From assembly GCA_032128875.1 (NCBI GenBank), contig JAVLKG010000002.1, forward strand, positions 320,001 to 384,000: a DNA stretch of 64,000 nt. The letters run 5' to 3'. Source of the DNA: Candidatus Melainabacteria bacterium 17Bon1m (GTDB lineage: Bacteria > Cyanobacteriota > Vampirovibrionia > Obscuribacterales > Obscuribacteraceae). The notes beneath the pieces are model-generated. The model was not told the DNA's origin. It saw only the letters and a program-made list of their open reading frames with translations, and ran no database searches. The translations under genes were made by a program, and so were the position numbers. Below are positions 9,089-18,880 of the stretch, piece after piece. Position 1 is the stretch's first letter. Each line of letters opens with the position of its first letter.

Positions 9089-10444
9089 TTGGCTTTACCG
9101 GATAATCAAGTAATCTCTCCTGCGACAGGCAAGCTGGACGCCGATTTGCTTTCCGCTTGCATTCATTGCGGACTCTGCTTGCCGGCATGTCCTACCTATC
9201 TAGCAACCGGTCGTGAGTCCGAGTCTCCCCGCGGACGTATATATCTTTTGTCGCTGGTCGAAAAAGGTGAGATGCCCTTTGCAGGCGAGGCCGCTGAGCA
9301 CATCGAATCGTGCCTTGGCTGTTTGGGTTGCCAGACTGCGTGCCCATCGGGTGTGCGGTATGAGGAGATTTTGAATCAGGCGCGGCCGTATCTCAAGCGG
9401 GAGCGCCCTAAGTTTTTGCGAGCTCTCTTACGTTTTGGCTTCAGCGAAATTTTGCCTAACTACTGGATTTTGAAATTTGGCGCAAGTGTGTTTCGCCTTT
9501 TCCAGCAAATGTTTCCGAAACGCAAGCGAAAGGATGACCCTCAGAGCGTTTTAGCTGGAATGACTTCGTCTCCATTTATCAACCGGCTGAAAGCATATGC
9601 CGCATTTGTGCCTAAGGTTCCTAAGTTCAAACCGCATCCGCGTCGACGAGAAGCGAAGGTCGCTAGTGGAGAAACCATGCAGCTTTTCAGCGGATGTGTC
9701 ATGGATGTTTTATACAATCCGGTCAATCACGCTACCGCCAAACTGCTAAATATGCAGGGTTGTCCGGTCGAACGTAATGAGCAAACCTGTTGCGGCGCAT
9801 TGGCTTACCATGCGGGTGAAGTCGATATTGCAAGGACTTTGGCTAAGGAAAACATAGAGAAATTCAAGACCACCGACGGCAAAATTATTGTCACTTCTGC
9901 TGGTTGCGGAGCGATGTTGAAAGAGTATTCGCACCTCTTCGCAGCTGATGACCCGTGGCATTCAAGGGCTGAAGAGTTTTCGAAACGTGTTTTCGATGTG
10001 GTAGAAGTTGTTTCTCCAGATGTAATTTCTGCTCAAGACTCAAAGGAAGCAAACGCTACCCAGCTAAAGCTTCCTGCGGCGTCTGTGGCTTACCATGCGG
10101 CTTGCCACCTGGCTCACGCGCAGGGTGTCCGCAATGAGCCCAAAGAAATCTTGCTGCAGCTCCAGCAGAAGCTGGCTGAGCAAGGCAAGAATATGAAGCT
10201 GGTAGAACTACGTGAAGCCGAGCATTGCTGCGGTAGCGCGGGGATTTACAACGTGATCAATACTGAACTCAGTCTGGAAGTTCTCAATCGGAAGATGGAA
10301 AACATCGCCGATACGAACGCTGAAGTCGTGGTGACGACCAATCCAGGGTGCTTGCTGCAACTCAATGCCGGTGCTGAATTATCCAATTCCCCAGTGAAAG
10401 TCATGCACCTTGCCGAGTTTGTCGCTAGCGCTTATCCCGATTAG
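9089..10444 (+). CDS. glcF: Glycolate oxidase Fe-S subunit (GlcF-like)
   Basis: CIHCGLCLPACP, SPRGRI, CLGCLGCQTACPSGV, two CCG motifs, YHAACHL, NPGC. Confidence 0.85.
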   Translation: MALPDNQVISPATGKLDADLLSACIHCGLCLPACPTYLATGRESESPRGRIYLLSLVEKGEMPFAGEAAEHIESCLGCLGCQTACPSGVRYEEILNQARPYLKRERPKFLRALLRFGFSEILPNYWILKFGASVFRLFQQMFPKRKRKDDPQSVLAGMTSSPFINRLKAYAAFVPKVPKFKPHPRRREAKVASGETMQLFSGCVMDVLYNPVNHATAKLLNMQGCPVERNEQTCCGALAYHAGEVDIARTLAKENIEKFKTTDGKIIVTSAGCGAMLKEYSHLFAADDPWHSRAEEFSKRVFDVVEVVSPDVISAQDSKEANATQLKLPAASVAYHAACHLAHAQGVRNEPKEILLQLQQKLAEQGKNMKLVELREAEHCCGSAGIYNVINTELSLEVLNRKMENIADTNAEVVVTTNPGCLLQLNAGAELSNSPVKVMHLAEFVASAYPD

Positions 10445-10611
10445 CTGTGCGATCTAGCAAGTGCCCATATCCAAACGACTTTCCTTGCTTGTGCGCCGTT
10501 CTACACCAGAGCGTTGATCCGTTAATGGCTGAAACCTCTGCTTGCGGTAAACTTTTGACAAGCTCGCGGCTCTTTGCCGTTTGCAAAGCGAGAACTCGAC
10601 TGAAAAACCGG

Positions 10612-11022
10612 ATGGATATCATTGTGGCGTCGGATCTATATACGAATACGGCTCGCATTTTAATCATCGAAGAGAGTGCAATGCTTCGCCAGCATTCATT
10701 GAATATGGTTGAAGAGCTTGGGCTCATTGCACAGGCTGTCGGAGAAATAGAGGAGGCTCTAAAACGTCTCCACGAGAAGGATTTCGACATCGTCCTTGTC
10801 GAAGTCAAAGCGCCGGAACAACACGCTGTTCAGCGAATCGAGGCACTGCGCCGTGCCACTGCTAATTTGAAGAAGAAGGTGCCGGTCGTTGCCATGTCAT
10901 CAGGTTTGAAACGCGGTCCGCTGCTGGCGGGCGGTGCCGACGACATTCTCATGCGCCCCTTCATGACAGGCGAATTGGAAGCAGTTATTGACCGCTGGTT
11001 GAGCCCGGGAGTGATTTCATAA
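10612..11022 (+). CDS. Single-domain (pseudo)receiver protein
   Basis: CheY-like pattern ILIIEES...FDIVLVE...VPVVAMS...GADDILMRPF; start approximate. Confidence 0.7.
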   Translation: MDIIVASDLYTNTARILIIEESAMLRQHSLNMVEELGLIAQAVGEIEEALKRLHEKDFDIVLVEVKAPEQHAVQRIEALRRATANLKKKVPVVAMSSGLKRGPLLAGGADDILMRPFMTGELEAVIDRWLSPGVIS

Positions 11023-11262
11023 GAGCTGTTTGGTCCGAGTTTTTGTGTTCTCAGGGAGCGAAATTCTGGCGCGTACATCGAGGCCTCACGCCGGTTGCAA
11101 GGGCTGTTGTCAGGCGTCTGAGCCAGGTTAGCTTACGGTAATGCTGTTTATTTGCTGAAAAGCACGCTGAAATGCGGAGTTTTGCCCGATTATAATGATG
11201 TCGGCCAAAAGAAGGCGCCGCCAGAGTATATACATGGCGCCGGACCAAGAGGACTCTAATTG

Positions 11263-11907
11263 ATGACTGCCATGGTGGCGCATAGAAAAGTCGAGCTGTT
11301 CGAGGGCGATTTGCCGGACGAGCGCTTTGCTCATTACATGAAGAAAGCGTATATCGCTGTAGACACCGAGACGCGTGGACTCAACATTTCAAGAGATCGC
11401 TTGTGTCTCGTGCAAATCTGCGACGACGAAGGCATAGTTAGTTTTGTCCGCTACAAGGACAAAGACAGCTTTCCAAAAGAGAGCAACGTAAAGAAGCTGA
11501 TGGAAGCGCCCAATGTGATCAAGCTGTTTCACTATGCGCGCTTTGATGTGTCAGTTATGAAGCATTATCTGGGCTGCCAGACCAAGCCGATTTTTTGCAC
11601 AAAAATCGCGTCGAAATTGGTCCGCACCTACACTGACAGACATAGCCTCAAAGATTTAGTCAGTGAGCTTTTGCAAATTGAATTGGACAAAACCAATCAA
11701 TCGAGCGATTGGGCACGTCACGATCTCTCCGAGTCGCAAATGGAATATGCAGCCAACGACGTTCGAGTGCTGCCGCCCATCTACGACAAAATTCTTGGGA
11801 TGCTAAAACGCGAAGAGCGCGAAGAATTAGCGCAACGTTGTTTTGAAGCAGTGCAAGTAGTCTGCGATTTGGACTTGAAGGGTTTTTCACACGTCTTTGA
11901 ACACTAG
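11263..11907 (+). CDS. rnd: RNase D-like 3'-5' exonuclease (DEDDy)
   Basis: [38 protein letters not shown]. Confidence 0.85.
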   Translation: MTAMVAHRKVELFEGDLPDERFAHYMKKAYIAVDTETRGLNISRDRLCLVQICDDEGIVSFVRYKDKDSFPKESNVKKLMEAPNVIKLFHYARFDVSVMKHYLGCQTKPIFCTKIASKLVRTYTDRHSLKDLVSELLQIELDKTNQSSDWARHDLSESQMEYAANDVRVLPPIYDKILGMLKREEREELAQRCFEAVQVVCDLDLKGFSHVFEH

Positions 11908-11926
11908 GCAAATTGGAGTTGGTTTC

Positions 11927-13381
11927 ATGGAAAAGCTGATCTACGAGAAGTCGAGCCCCGGCAGAAGAGCACTGGTCATTGAAAAATCCGGTGTGAAAGA
12001 GAAGAAGGCGAGTGACCTGATTCCAGCAAAGTTTGTGCGTAAGGAATCGGCCAAGCTGGCTGAAGTCAGCGAATTGGAAGCGGTCCGCCACTTCGTTCGT
12101 CTCTCGCATCTCAACCATGCAATCGACAAGGGTTTTTACCCTCTTGGTTCTTGCACCATGAAGTACAACCCGAAAATTAACGATGCGATGGCGGCCTTGG
12201 AAGGCTTCCGCGAACTACATCCGATGCAGCCTGAAGATCAAATTCAAGGCGCGCTCGAATTGATTTATAACTTGGAGCGCAGTATCTCTGAAGTCGTAGG
12301 TCTGCCAGCAGTCACATTGCAACCGGCAGCTGGAGCCCATGGCGAGATGACCGGCTTGCTCCTCATTAGAGCGTACTTCCGAGCAAAAGGCGACACGGCT
12401 CGCAACAAGGTTATCGTTCCCGACACCGCGCACGGTACCAACCCCGCGACCGCTGCACTTTGCGGTTTTGAAGTTGTTGAAATCAAATCGAATGAGCGTG
12501 GGCTCGTCGATATCGATGCTCTGAAGGCTGCTCTGGGTCCGGATGTTGCAGCAATTATGTTGACCAATCCAAATACCCTTGGTCTCTTCGAAGAAGAAAT
12601 TGACGTTTGCCAAAAACTCGTCCACGACGCCGGCGGACTTCTCTATTACGATGGTGCCAACTTGAACGCCATCATGGGTCTTGTACGCCCAGGCGACATG
12701 GGATTTGATGTCTGCCACTTGAACCTGCACAAAACCTTCTCCACTCCGCACGGCGGCGGTGGACCCGGCGGTTGTGCTGTTGCATGCCGCAAAGAGTTGG
12801 AGCCGTTCCTTCCGAAGCCGGTTATCGTCAAAGATGGCGAGCGCTTCCATTTTGATTGGAATCGCCCGCAGTCGATTGGCAAAGTCAAAGGATTCTACGG
12901 CAACTTCGGAATTCTGGTCCGCGCCTATTCATACATTCTTGCCCACGGCAAAGAGGGTTTGGCGCAGGTTTCCAAAGATGCGATTTTGAACGCCAACTAT
13001 TTGAAAAACAAACTCAAAGGCCGCTTCACAGTGGCTTATCCGCAAGCTTGCATGCACGAGTTCGTTCTTTCCGGCAATCAACAGAAAGAGCGCGGTGTCT
13101 CAACCACAAATATGGCTAAGCGCTTGCTCGATTATGGCGTTCATGCTCCGACTGTCTACTTCCCGCTAGTCGTGCCGGAAGCGATGATGATCGAGCCGAC
13201 AGAGACCGAAACTAAAGAGACGCTCGACGAGTTCATTGAAATCCTCACTAAGATCGATGATGAGTCAAAGAGCGAGCCGGATACTGTGCGCAACGCTCCC
13301 CATACGACACCAGTCGGTCGTTTGGACGAGGCGCTTGCCGCACGTAAGCCAAACCTCTGCTGGACTCCCGGCTGCGATTAG
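11927..13381 (+). CDS. gcvPB: Glycine dehydrogenase (decarboxylating) subunit 2
   Basis: [32 protein letters not shown] lysine motif [28 protein letters not shown] upstream of ATG 11927. Confidence 0.95.
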   Translation: MEKLIYEKSSPGRRALVIEKSGVKEKKASDLIPAKFVRKESAKLAEVSELEAVRHFVRLSHLNHAIDKGFYPLGSCTMKYNPKINDAMAALEGFRELHPMQPEDQIQGALELIYNLERSISEVVGLPAVTLQPAAGAHGEMTGLLLIRAYFRAKGDTARNKVIVPDTAHGTNPATAALCGFEVVEIKSNERGLVDIDALKAALGPDVAAIMLTNPNTLGLFEEEIDVCQKLVHDAGGLLYYDGANLNAIMGLVRPGDMGFDVCHLNLHKTFSTPHGGGGPGGCAVACRKELEPFLPKPVIVKDGERFHFDWNRPQSIGKVKGFYGNFGILVRAYSYILAHGKEGLAQVSKDAILNANYLKNKLKGRFTVAYPQACMHEFVLSGNQQKERGVSTTNMAKRLLDYGVHAPTVYFPLVVPEAMMIEPTETETKETLDEFIEILTKIDDESKSEPDTVRNAPHTTPVGRLDEALAARKPNLCWTPGCD

Positions 13382-13424
13382 AAGTTGTTCGCGCCCTCTG
13401 CACGTATTCGATTTTTGAGTGCCT

Positions 13425-13620
13425 TCATGTACTCCGAAAAAATCTTGGTTTTTCGGAGTGGATGGAGAAAACTAAACCCTCTATTTATGAGGGTTTTCGG
13501 CTTCGCGCGAAAAGTTTGAACGCGGGCGCTTGTGAGTCGGCGCTGTGAAAACCGGTCCTGGTAAGGCTTTTGCCTTTTGTCATGTACTCCGAAAAATCTG
13601 GATTTTTCGGAGTGCATGGA
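13425..13620. repeat. Two direct copies of a ~41-bp palindromic REP-like element (13425-13466 and 13580-13620), with another hairpin between them
   Basis: TCATGTACTCCGAAAAA(A)TCT(T)GG(T/A)TTTTTCGGAGTG(G/C)ATGGA occurs twice; AAACCCTC/GAGGGTTT hairpin at 13474-13496. Confidence 0.85.
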
Positions 13621-13672
13621 ACGGGTTGAAATGACCATCCCCTTCCAAGATCTCGAGAAAGCTTCGCGAAGA

Positions 13673-14191
13673 TTATAGTAAGTGTTTGAAGCGCACGGTG
13701 AATTTGAGATACGCAATCTTTTCTTGAAGGCGCTCTATCTCTCTTTTGGTGCCTTTGATTGGTGTCAGGCAGACGAGTGCGGTCAGATTGATAAAAAGCA
13801 TAGGCGTAATTGCCATCATGAGCTTGCTCATGTCGTCGCCGTGGAACTCGGTGTAGCACTTCATCGCCAAACCGAAACCGATTAGACTCAATGTGACGAA
13901 AATCGCCCAATGCATAATCAAGAAGATGCGTTCGCGCATTAGAAGAACTAGCAGTGTGCTCAATTCTCTTGTGACCTTTGGATCCGCCGTGTGGCGTGTC
14001 TTGGGTCTGGCGAACGAGGGTGTTTGAGAGCCGCCAGGCGCGTTGTTGCGTGTTGACTGGGCCGTTTCCATCTGGGGACGATGCATCGACGCTCCGCATT
14101 CACCGCAGAATCGCGCGCTGCCTTCAAGCGGCGACGAGCAAGTCGCGCATCTAGTGCTTGTGCGGGTTGCGGTTTGAGCGTTGAATGACAT
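13673..14191 (-). CDS. Zinc-ribbon plus two-TM membrane protein (paralog A)
   Basis: CATC...FCGECG, two hydrophobic helices, C-terminal KREIERLQ; GGAG upstream of ATG 14191. Confidence 0.75.
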   Translation of the reverse strand: MSFNAQTATRTSTRCATCSSPLEGSARFCGECGASMHRPQMETAQSTRNNAPGGSQTPSFARPKTRHTADPKVTRELSTLLVLLMRERIFLIMHWAIFVTLSLIGFGLAMKCYTEFHGDDMSKLMMAITPMLFINLTALVCLTPIKGTKREIERLQEKIAYLKFTVRFKHLL

Positions 14192-14474
14192 GCGAATCTC
14201 CGCGCGCAAAGGAAGGCAGCAGATTCCAAATGGCACAACCAGTGGTGGGGTTGGCAATGCCAAATCTAAAGGAATTGTACAAACATAGAGGCAAAAGCGT
14301 TGCGTCTATAGGATGAAACTTCAGTAAGAAACACCGATCACGCGGGAATCTTTCAACATTTTGATTCACCCTCTTGCGGTTAGAGTTAGGTACAGCAGAA
14401 AAAATCAAGAAAGCGAATAACCTTCACTTTAGACTGTCCAATGAACTAACCGTATAAATCGGCGAGAAGCTAGT

Positions 14475-15359
14475 TTGAGAGAAACTATCAAAGTTCCAGA
14501 ACACATCATGCCTGTCGTCAAAGCGATCGAGTTTATCGAAGAACGGCTTGACCAGCCGCTCGACGTGAAGCAAGTGTCAGGACATATTGGTTTTTCGGAA
14601 TACTACTTCCATCGTATGTTTCTCAGCGTGCTGGGTGAATCAGTCGCTGAGTATGTGCGAAAACGTCGTTTATCAGAGGCTGCGCGCAGAATGCTCGATA
14701 AGGACGAAAAACTTATTGAACTCGCTCTGGCGTGCGGATACGACAGCCAGGAGGCCTTTACACGAGCTTTCAAAGCCATGTTCGGCATGACTCCTGGTGT
14801 ATTTCGTAAGCGCGGCAGAATGTCTCTGGAGAAAAAACCGGCGACTCTCGACATGATGATGCATTTGGAGGAAGGTGGATTGACTATGCAGCCTGAAATT
14901 GTGGAACACAAAGAAGAATTGGTAATCGGCATGGGAAGCAGCTTTGCCGAGAATCCGTTTTGGCAGATAAATAAGCTTTGGGATAAATTCAATCAGCGAG
15001 AAAATGAAATTCCTAACTTGAAGGGCAGCTACGCGATTGGCGTATGCATGCCGAAGCATGACGATTTGCCTGTGAAAGACGGCGATACCTTCGTATACAT
15101 CGCCGGTCGACCCGTCTCTTCACTGGATGAAGTGCCGCAAGGCATGGTGGCGGTGAAACTTCCTCGGCGCAAATACGCGAAGTTTACTCACAAAGGTCAG
15201 CTGACAAACCTTCCTCATACGGTCAATTACATATGGGGAACATGGCTGCCCAAGAGCGAGTACAAGCACGCTCACAGTCCGGACTTCGAACTTTATGACG
15301 AGCGCTTTGACGTCAAAACACTCTCAGGCGAAATAGATATCTTTGTTCCAATTGAGTGA
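14475..15359 (+). CDS. AraC family regulator with a C-terminal GyrI-like ligand-binding domain
   Basis: AIEFIEE, FSEYYFHRMF, RKRRLSEAA, GYDSQEAFTRAFK; GyrI-like YAKFTHKG, IWGTWLP, FELYDERF. Confidence 0.9.
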   Translation: MRETIKVPEHIMPVVKAIEFIEERLDQPLDVKQVSGHIGFSEYYFHRMFLSVLGESVAEYVRKRRLSEAARRMLDKDEKLIELALACGYDSQEAFTRAFKAMFGMTPGVFRKRGRMSLEKKPATLDMMMHLEEGGLTMQPEIVEHKEELVIGMGSSFAENPFWQINKLWDKFNQRENEIPNLKGSYAIGVCMPKHDDLPVKDGDTFVYIAGRPVSSLDEVPQGMVAVKLPRRKYAKFTHKGQLTNLPHTVNYIWGTWLPKSEYKHAHSPDFELYDERFDVKTLSGEIDIFVPIE

Positions 15360-15362
15360 GAA

Positions 15363-15905
15363 TCAGCGTCCCATCACGTGATTGAATTCCATCTGCGCGC
15401 GCAGGAATTGCAGCCGCTGCTGAAGCCTGTAGATTTCGCGCTTTGTGCCTCTGATTGGAATCATTGCTACAAAACCGACGCAATTGACGAATAAGAATGG
15501 CGTGAATGCGATGATCAATTTTGTCATCTCATCGCCGTTGAATTCTGTGTACGCCTTGAGCGAAAGCCAGAATCCGAACAGGTTTACACACAGAAGCACA
15601 ATAGTGTTCAGGGTCAGCAAGAACCGCTCTCTTAAAAGAGCGGACATAATTGAATTGATTTCTGCTCTCACCTTAGGCGTCAAGTCTGCAAATTGAGCGC
15701 GCGCAAAACTAGGCAGTTCGCTCTGGGCGTGACCGAGCTTGGGCTCTTCGTATGGTCCATGTTTTTTCTGCGCGGCAGCCATCACAGTGCCACATTGCCC
15801 GCAGAATTTCGCTTGCGATTCTATCTGCTCGTGGCACTGTCCGCATCTAAGCACGCGGAAAGCATTTGCCAGTTCGGCTCTGTTAATGGAAGAAGCGCTA
15901 GTCAC
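15363..15905 (-). CDS. Zinc-ribbon plus two-TM membrane protein (paralog B)
   Basis: CGQC...FCGQCG; shares PSFAR, RERxxL, YTEFxGDxMxKL and PIxGTKREI with 13673-14191. Confidence 0.75.
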   Translation of the reverse strand: MTSASSINRAELANAFRVLRCGQCHEQIESQAKFCGQCGTVMAAAQKKHGPYEEPKLGHAQSELPSFARAQFADLTPKVRAEINSIMSALLRERFLLTLNTIVLLCVNLFGFWLSLKAYTEFNGDEMTKLIIAFTPFLFVNCVGFVAMIPIRGTKREIYRLQQRLQFLRAQMEFNHVMGR

Positions 15906-16066
15906 GGCTCTGTGACCCGTTGGAGAGGAGTATTAGTAGATGAGTCCATAATATGCCTGTCGCAAAAAAAGTGTGCGTAATTTAATCGTCACCACTGGCT
16001 GTTAGTGGGGATCTTACGTAGTTGCCGTGGCTTCCTGGGATGCCGACAGTTCGAATTCGACTGAAT

Positions 16067-17683
16067 CTAAACGAGAGTGCGCAGTCGTGCTGCGGCTCTT
16101 ATGAGCTTGATTGCTCCGCCTGGATTGAACTTACCTTCGGTGAATACTTCTTTCATCACGACTTGCGAAATCATGCTGCTGTCTCTCATAGCGATGCGCT
16201 GTGCAAAAGGCATCGCCGCATCGACGAAATTGAAATCTGGATTGATAACGAGCGCAACCCCTTCCAGTGTGAGCAAAGCCCGCATCACGTAAGTGAATTC
16301 AGTGGGCAGCTTAAATGGATAGCGATAGCAGACATCCGAAAAATCAAATAGCACTTTGCGGAACTGAACGCGATTCAAGCCTTCAGAAAAACGCGAATTG
16401 ATAATTGGCGTGAGTTCGGCTGCAAGCGCCTCGCGGTCTACATCTTCTTGCAAGAAGCCCATACCGATGAAATCGTCTACGAGCGCCAAATAGTCTCTTT
16501 GGATGACGTGAATAAACGAATTTACGAGGTGTTGCTTCAACTCATGGCTCAAGCGGCCGACCATACCGAAATCGAAGATTCCGATTCGTCCGTCCGGCAT
16601 AACACGCATGTTGCCCGGGTGCGGGTCGGCGTGAAAGAATCCGTCTTCCAGTAATTGTTTGAGATAGAAATTGGCGCCGATTTTTGTCAGCTCGGCTCTG
16701 TTGAAGCCTTGCTTTTCGAGCGATTCTACATCTGTAACGCGCGTGCCGGGGACAAACTCGATAGTCAGTACACGTCTGCCGGTAAGGCGCCAGACGATGC
16801 GCGGAATGTAGATGTTGGGGTGATTGCGGAAATTATGCCGGAATCTGTCGGCATTTCTACCTTCTCGAATGTAGTCGATTTCCTCGAATGTCGTGCGAGC
16901 AAATTCGTCGTTGACTGAAGGCCAATCCGTATGACGGCAGAGGCTGGGGTATTTCATAACTTCGTCGGCAACTGCACCCAAAACCTGCACATCGTGCGCC
17001 AGTCTTTGAGTGAGATCAGGACGCTGAACTTTTACGACGACCGAGCGACCGTCTTTAAGAGTGGCTCTGTATGCGACTGAAAGAGACGCTGCGGCAATCG
17101 GCTCGCAATCAAAGTGAGCATAAAGCTGTTCGGGTGGTGCGCCCAATTCACGAATGATTGTCGCTCTTGCGATTTCGTAAGGGATTGGCGCTACTTCTTC
17201 TTGCAGCTTCGCCAATTCGAGCATAGCGGGCAGCGGAAGCAAATCAGCTCTAGTTGAAAGTGTTTGCCCGATTTTAATGAATGTCGGACCCAGTGCATGA
17301 AGCTGCTTCAGGAGCCAGGCGCCCAGCAGTCTGTACTCTTCATATTTCTCGTCGCTCAAAACAGCGCTTTCGACGTCCGAGCCCTCTTTAGAGGTACGTT
17401 CGAATTCGTCCATGTGATAGCGTGCAAAACCGTGCACTGCTCGAATGATCACCCAAACGATCGGGAAGACTCTCAAGGCTTCTTTCCAGCCTTGAAGCTT
17501 GTAGATTCGTACGAAGACGCGGACTGTGGATTTGATCAAGGACCACTTTGTTACGTCGCGGAAACTCTCTCTGACCGGATTGAAATTGCGCTCGGCTGCC
17601 GACGCAATCGATGGCGCCGGAGCGGGAGCCGCCTCGACCTTGGTGGCGACTTCTGGAGGTTTTTCTTGTACTTGAGCTTTCAC
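16067..17683 (-). CDS. ABC1/UbiB/AarF family atypical kinase
   Basis: LGPTFIKIGQTLSTRADL, PIAAAS, VVVKVQRP, FFHADPHPGN, DFGMVG. Confidence 0.92.
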   Translation of the reverse strand: MKAQVQEKPPEVATKVEAAPAPAPSIASAAERNFNPVRESFRDVTKWSLIKSTVRVFVRIYKLQGWKEALRVFPIVWVIIRAVHGFARYHMDEFERTSKEGSDVESAVLSDEKYEEYRLLGAWLLKQLHALGPTFIKIGQTLSTRADLLPLPAMLELAKLQEEVAPIPYEIARATIIRELGAPPEQLYAHFDCEPIAAASLSVAYRATLKDGRSVVVKVQRPDLTQRLAHDVQVLGAVADEVMKYPSLCRHTDWPSVNDEFARTTFEEIDYIREGRNADRFRHNFRNHPNIYIPRIVWRLTGRRVLTIEFVPGTRVTDVESLEKQGFNRAELTKIGANFYLKQLLEDGFFHADPHPGNMRVMPDGRIGIFDFGMVGRLSHELKQHLVNSFIHVIQRDYLALVDDFIGMGFLQEDVDREALAAELTPIINSRFSEGLNRVQFRKVLFDFSDVCYRYPFKLPTEFTYVMRALLTLEGVALVINPDFNFVDAAMPFAQRIAMRDSSMISQVVMKEVFTEGKFNPGGAIKLIRAAARLRTLV

Positions 17684-18052
17684 TTAGGCGACGACTTCAC
17701 TAGATACCCTTGACCTCTAGTGTAATGGCTCTTTCTTCGTTGTCAGCAGCTAGAAGACATAAATTAAAGTTCTACTGACCAGCTTAAAACCCGCTCACCA
17801 TCAGGCTCACATGGGAAGGTTGCTGGTCTCGGTCGGCAAGAGGAGCTGGAAGGGCTCGTAGGTAGACCATTTTGAGCAATTCTTCACTTGTTGCATACCG
17901 TTACTTCAGGGCGTTTTGAAGTTGAGCCGTGTCGGTTTAACTTCCAGTCAAGATGACAGGGCGGGCGCAAGAATGCGACAGAACACCCAGCCAGTGGCTG
18001 TTTTCAGGGCTGATTGTGAAATGGCTCTGAGTACGGCGCGACTTGTACAAAT

Positions 18053-18778
18053 CTAACGGCGATTGATAGCTTCGTATTGCTTGGAGATGATCTCCCGAAC
18101 GCCCTTCTCCGCAAGCGACATCAAGTCGGCGAGCTTTGTGGAATCGTACGGCTTGGTCTCCGCAGTCATCTGCAATTCGAGAATCTTTCCCGATTCAGTT
18201 AGCACGATGTTGCCATCCATCTCAGCTTGCGAATCTTCAGAATAGTTGGGGTCGAGCAGTAGCTGACCTTTGACCTGGCAAACGCTGACCGCAGCCAGAT
18301 GCTCGGTCAAGGGAAGCTCGTCCCACAGCCCTTCTTTGCGCAATTTCGTCAGGGCATCATGCAGAGCCAAAAAGCCTCCGCATATGCTGGCCACGCGGGT
18401 TCCGCCATCGGCTTGGAAGACGTCGCAGTCGATCGTGATCGTGCGTTCGCCCAGTGCGCGCCGGTCTACAACCGTTCTCAAACAACGTCCAATCAAACGT
18501 TGAATTTCATTGGTTCGGCCGGAAGGCTGTCCTCTGGTCACTTCCCGCGCAGATCGCACGAGCGTCGAACCCGGCAAAAGAGAGTATTCAGCCGTTATCC
18601 AGCCTTCGCCCTTGCCGATGAGGAAGGCGGGAACGCGCTCCTCAATCTTTGCAGTAGTAAAAACCTTGGTATCACCAAACTCCACCAGCACCGAACCATC
18701 GGCGTTTTTGGTGAAGTTACGGGTGAACTTTACTTGTCTGAGCTGATCCCATTGTCTATTGTCGCGCCGCCGGAACAT
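18053..18778 (-). CDS. rph: Ribonuclease PH
   Basis: GSVLVEFGDTKV, GWITAEYSLLP, GRTNEIQRLIGR, DCDVFQADGGTR. Confidence 0.95.
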   Translation of the reverse strand: MFRRRDNRQWDQLRQVKFTRNFTKNADGSVLVEFGDTKVFTTAKIEERVPAFLIGKGEGWITAEYSLLPGSTLVRSAREVTRGQPSGRTNEIQRLIGRCLRTVVDRRALGERTITIDCDVFQADGGTRVASICGGFLALHDALTKLRKEGLWDELPLTEHLAAVSVCQVKGQLLLDPNYSEDSQAEMDGNIVLTESGKILELQMTAETKPYDSTKLADLMSLAEKGVREIISKQYEAINRR

Positions 18779-18880
18779 TCATTGCTCGCTTTCTTATTAG
18801 TGATTCCGCATCTCAGCACTTTTGGCGCTGGGACATTTTTCCTGGCACGCGAGTCATTATCGGTTATTGGCAAGACGAAA

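Noticed and set aside
13425-13620. CRISPR array
   Set aside because: Only two repeats, a spacer of about 113 bp and no cas genes
17690-18050. Possible ncRNA (SRP, 6S, tmRNA) in a 370-bp intergenic gap
   Set aside because: Only short stems and no diagnostic motif recognised; would need an Infernal search
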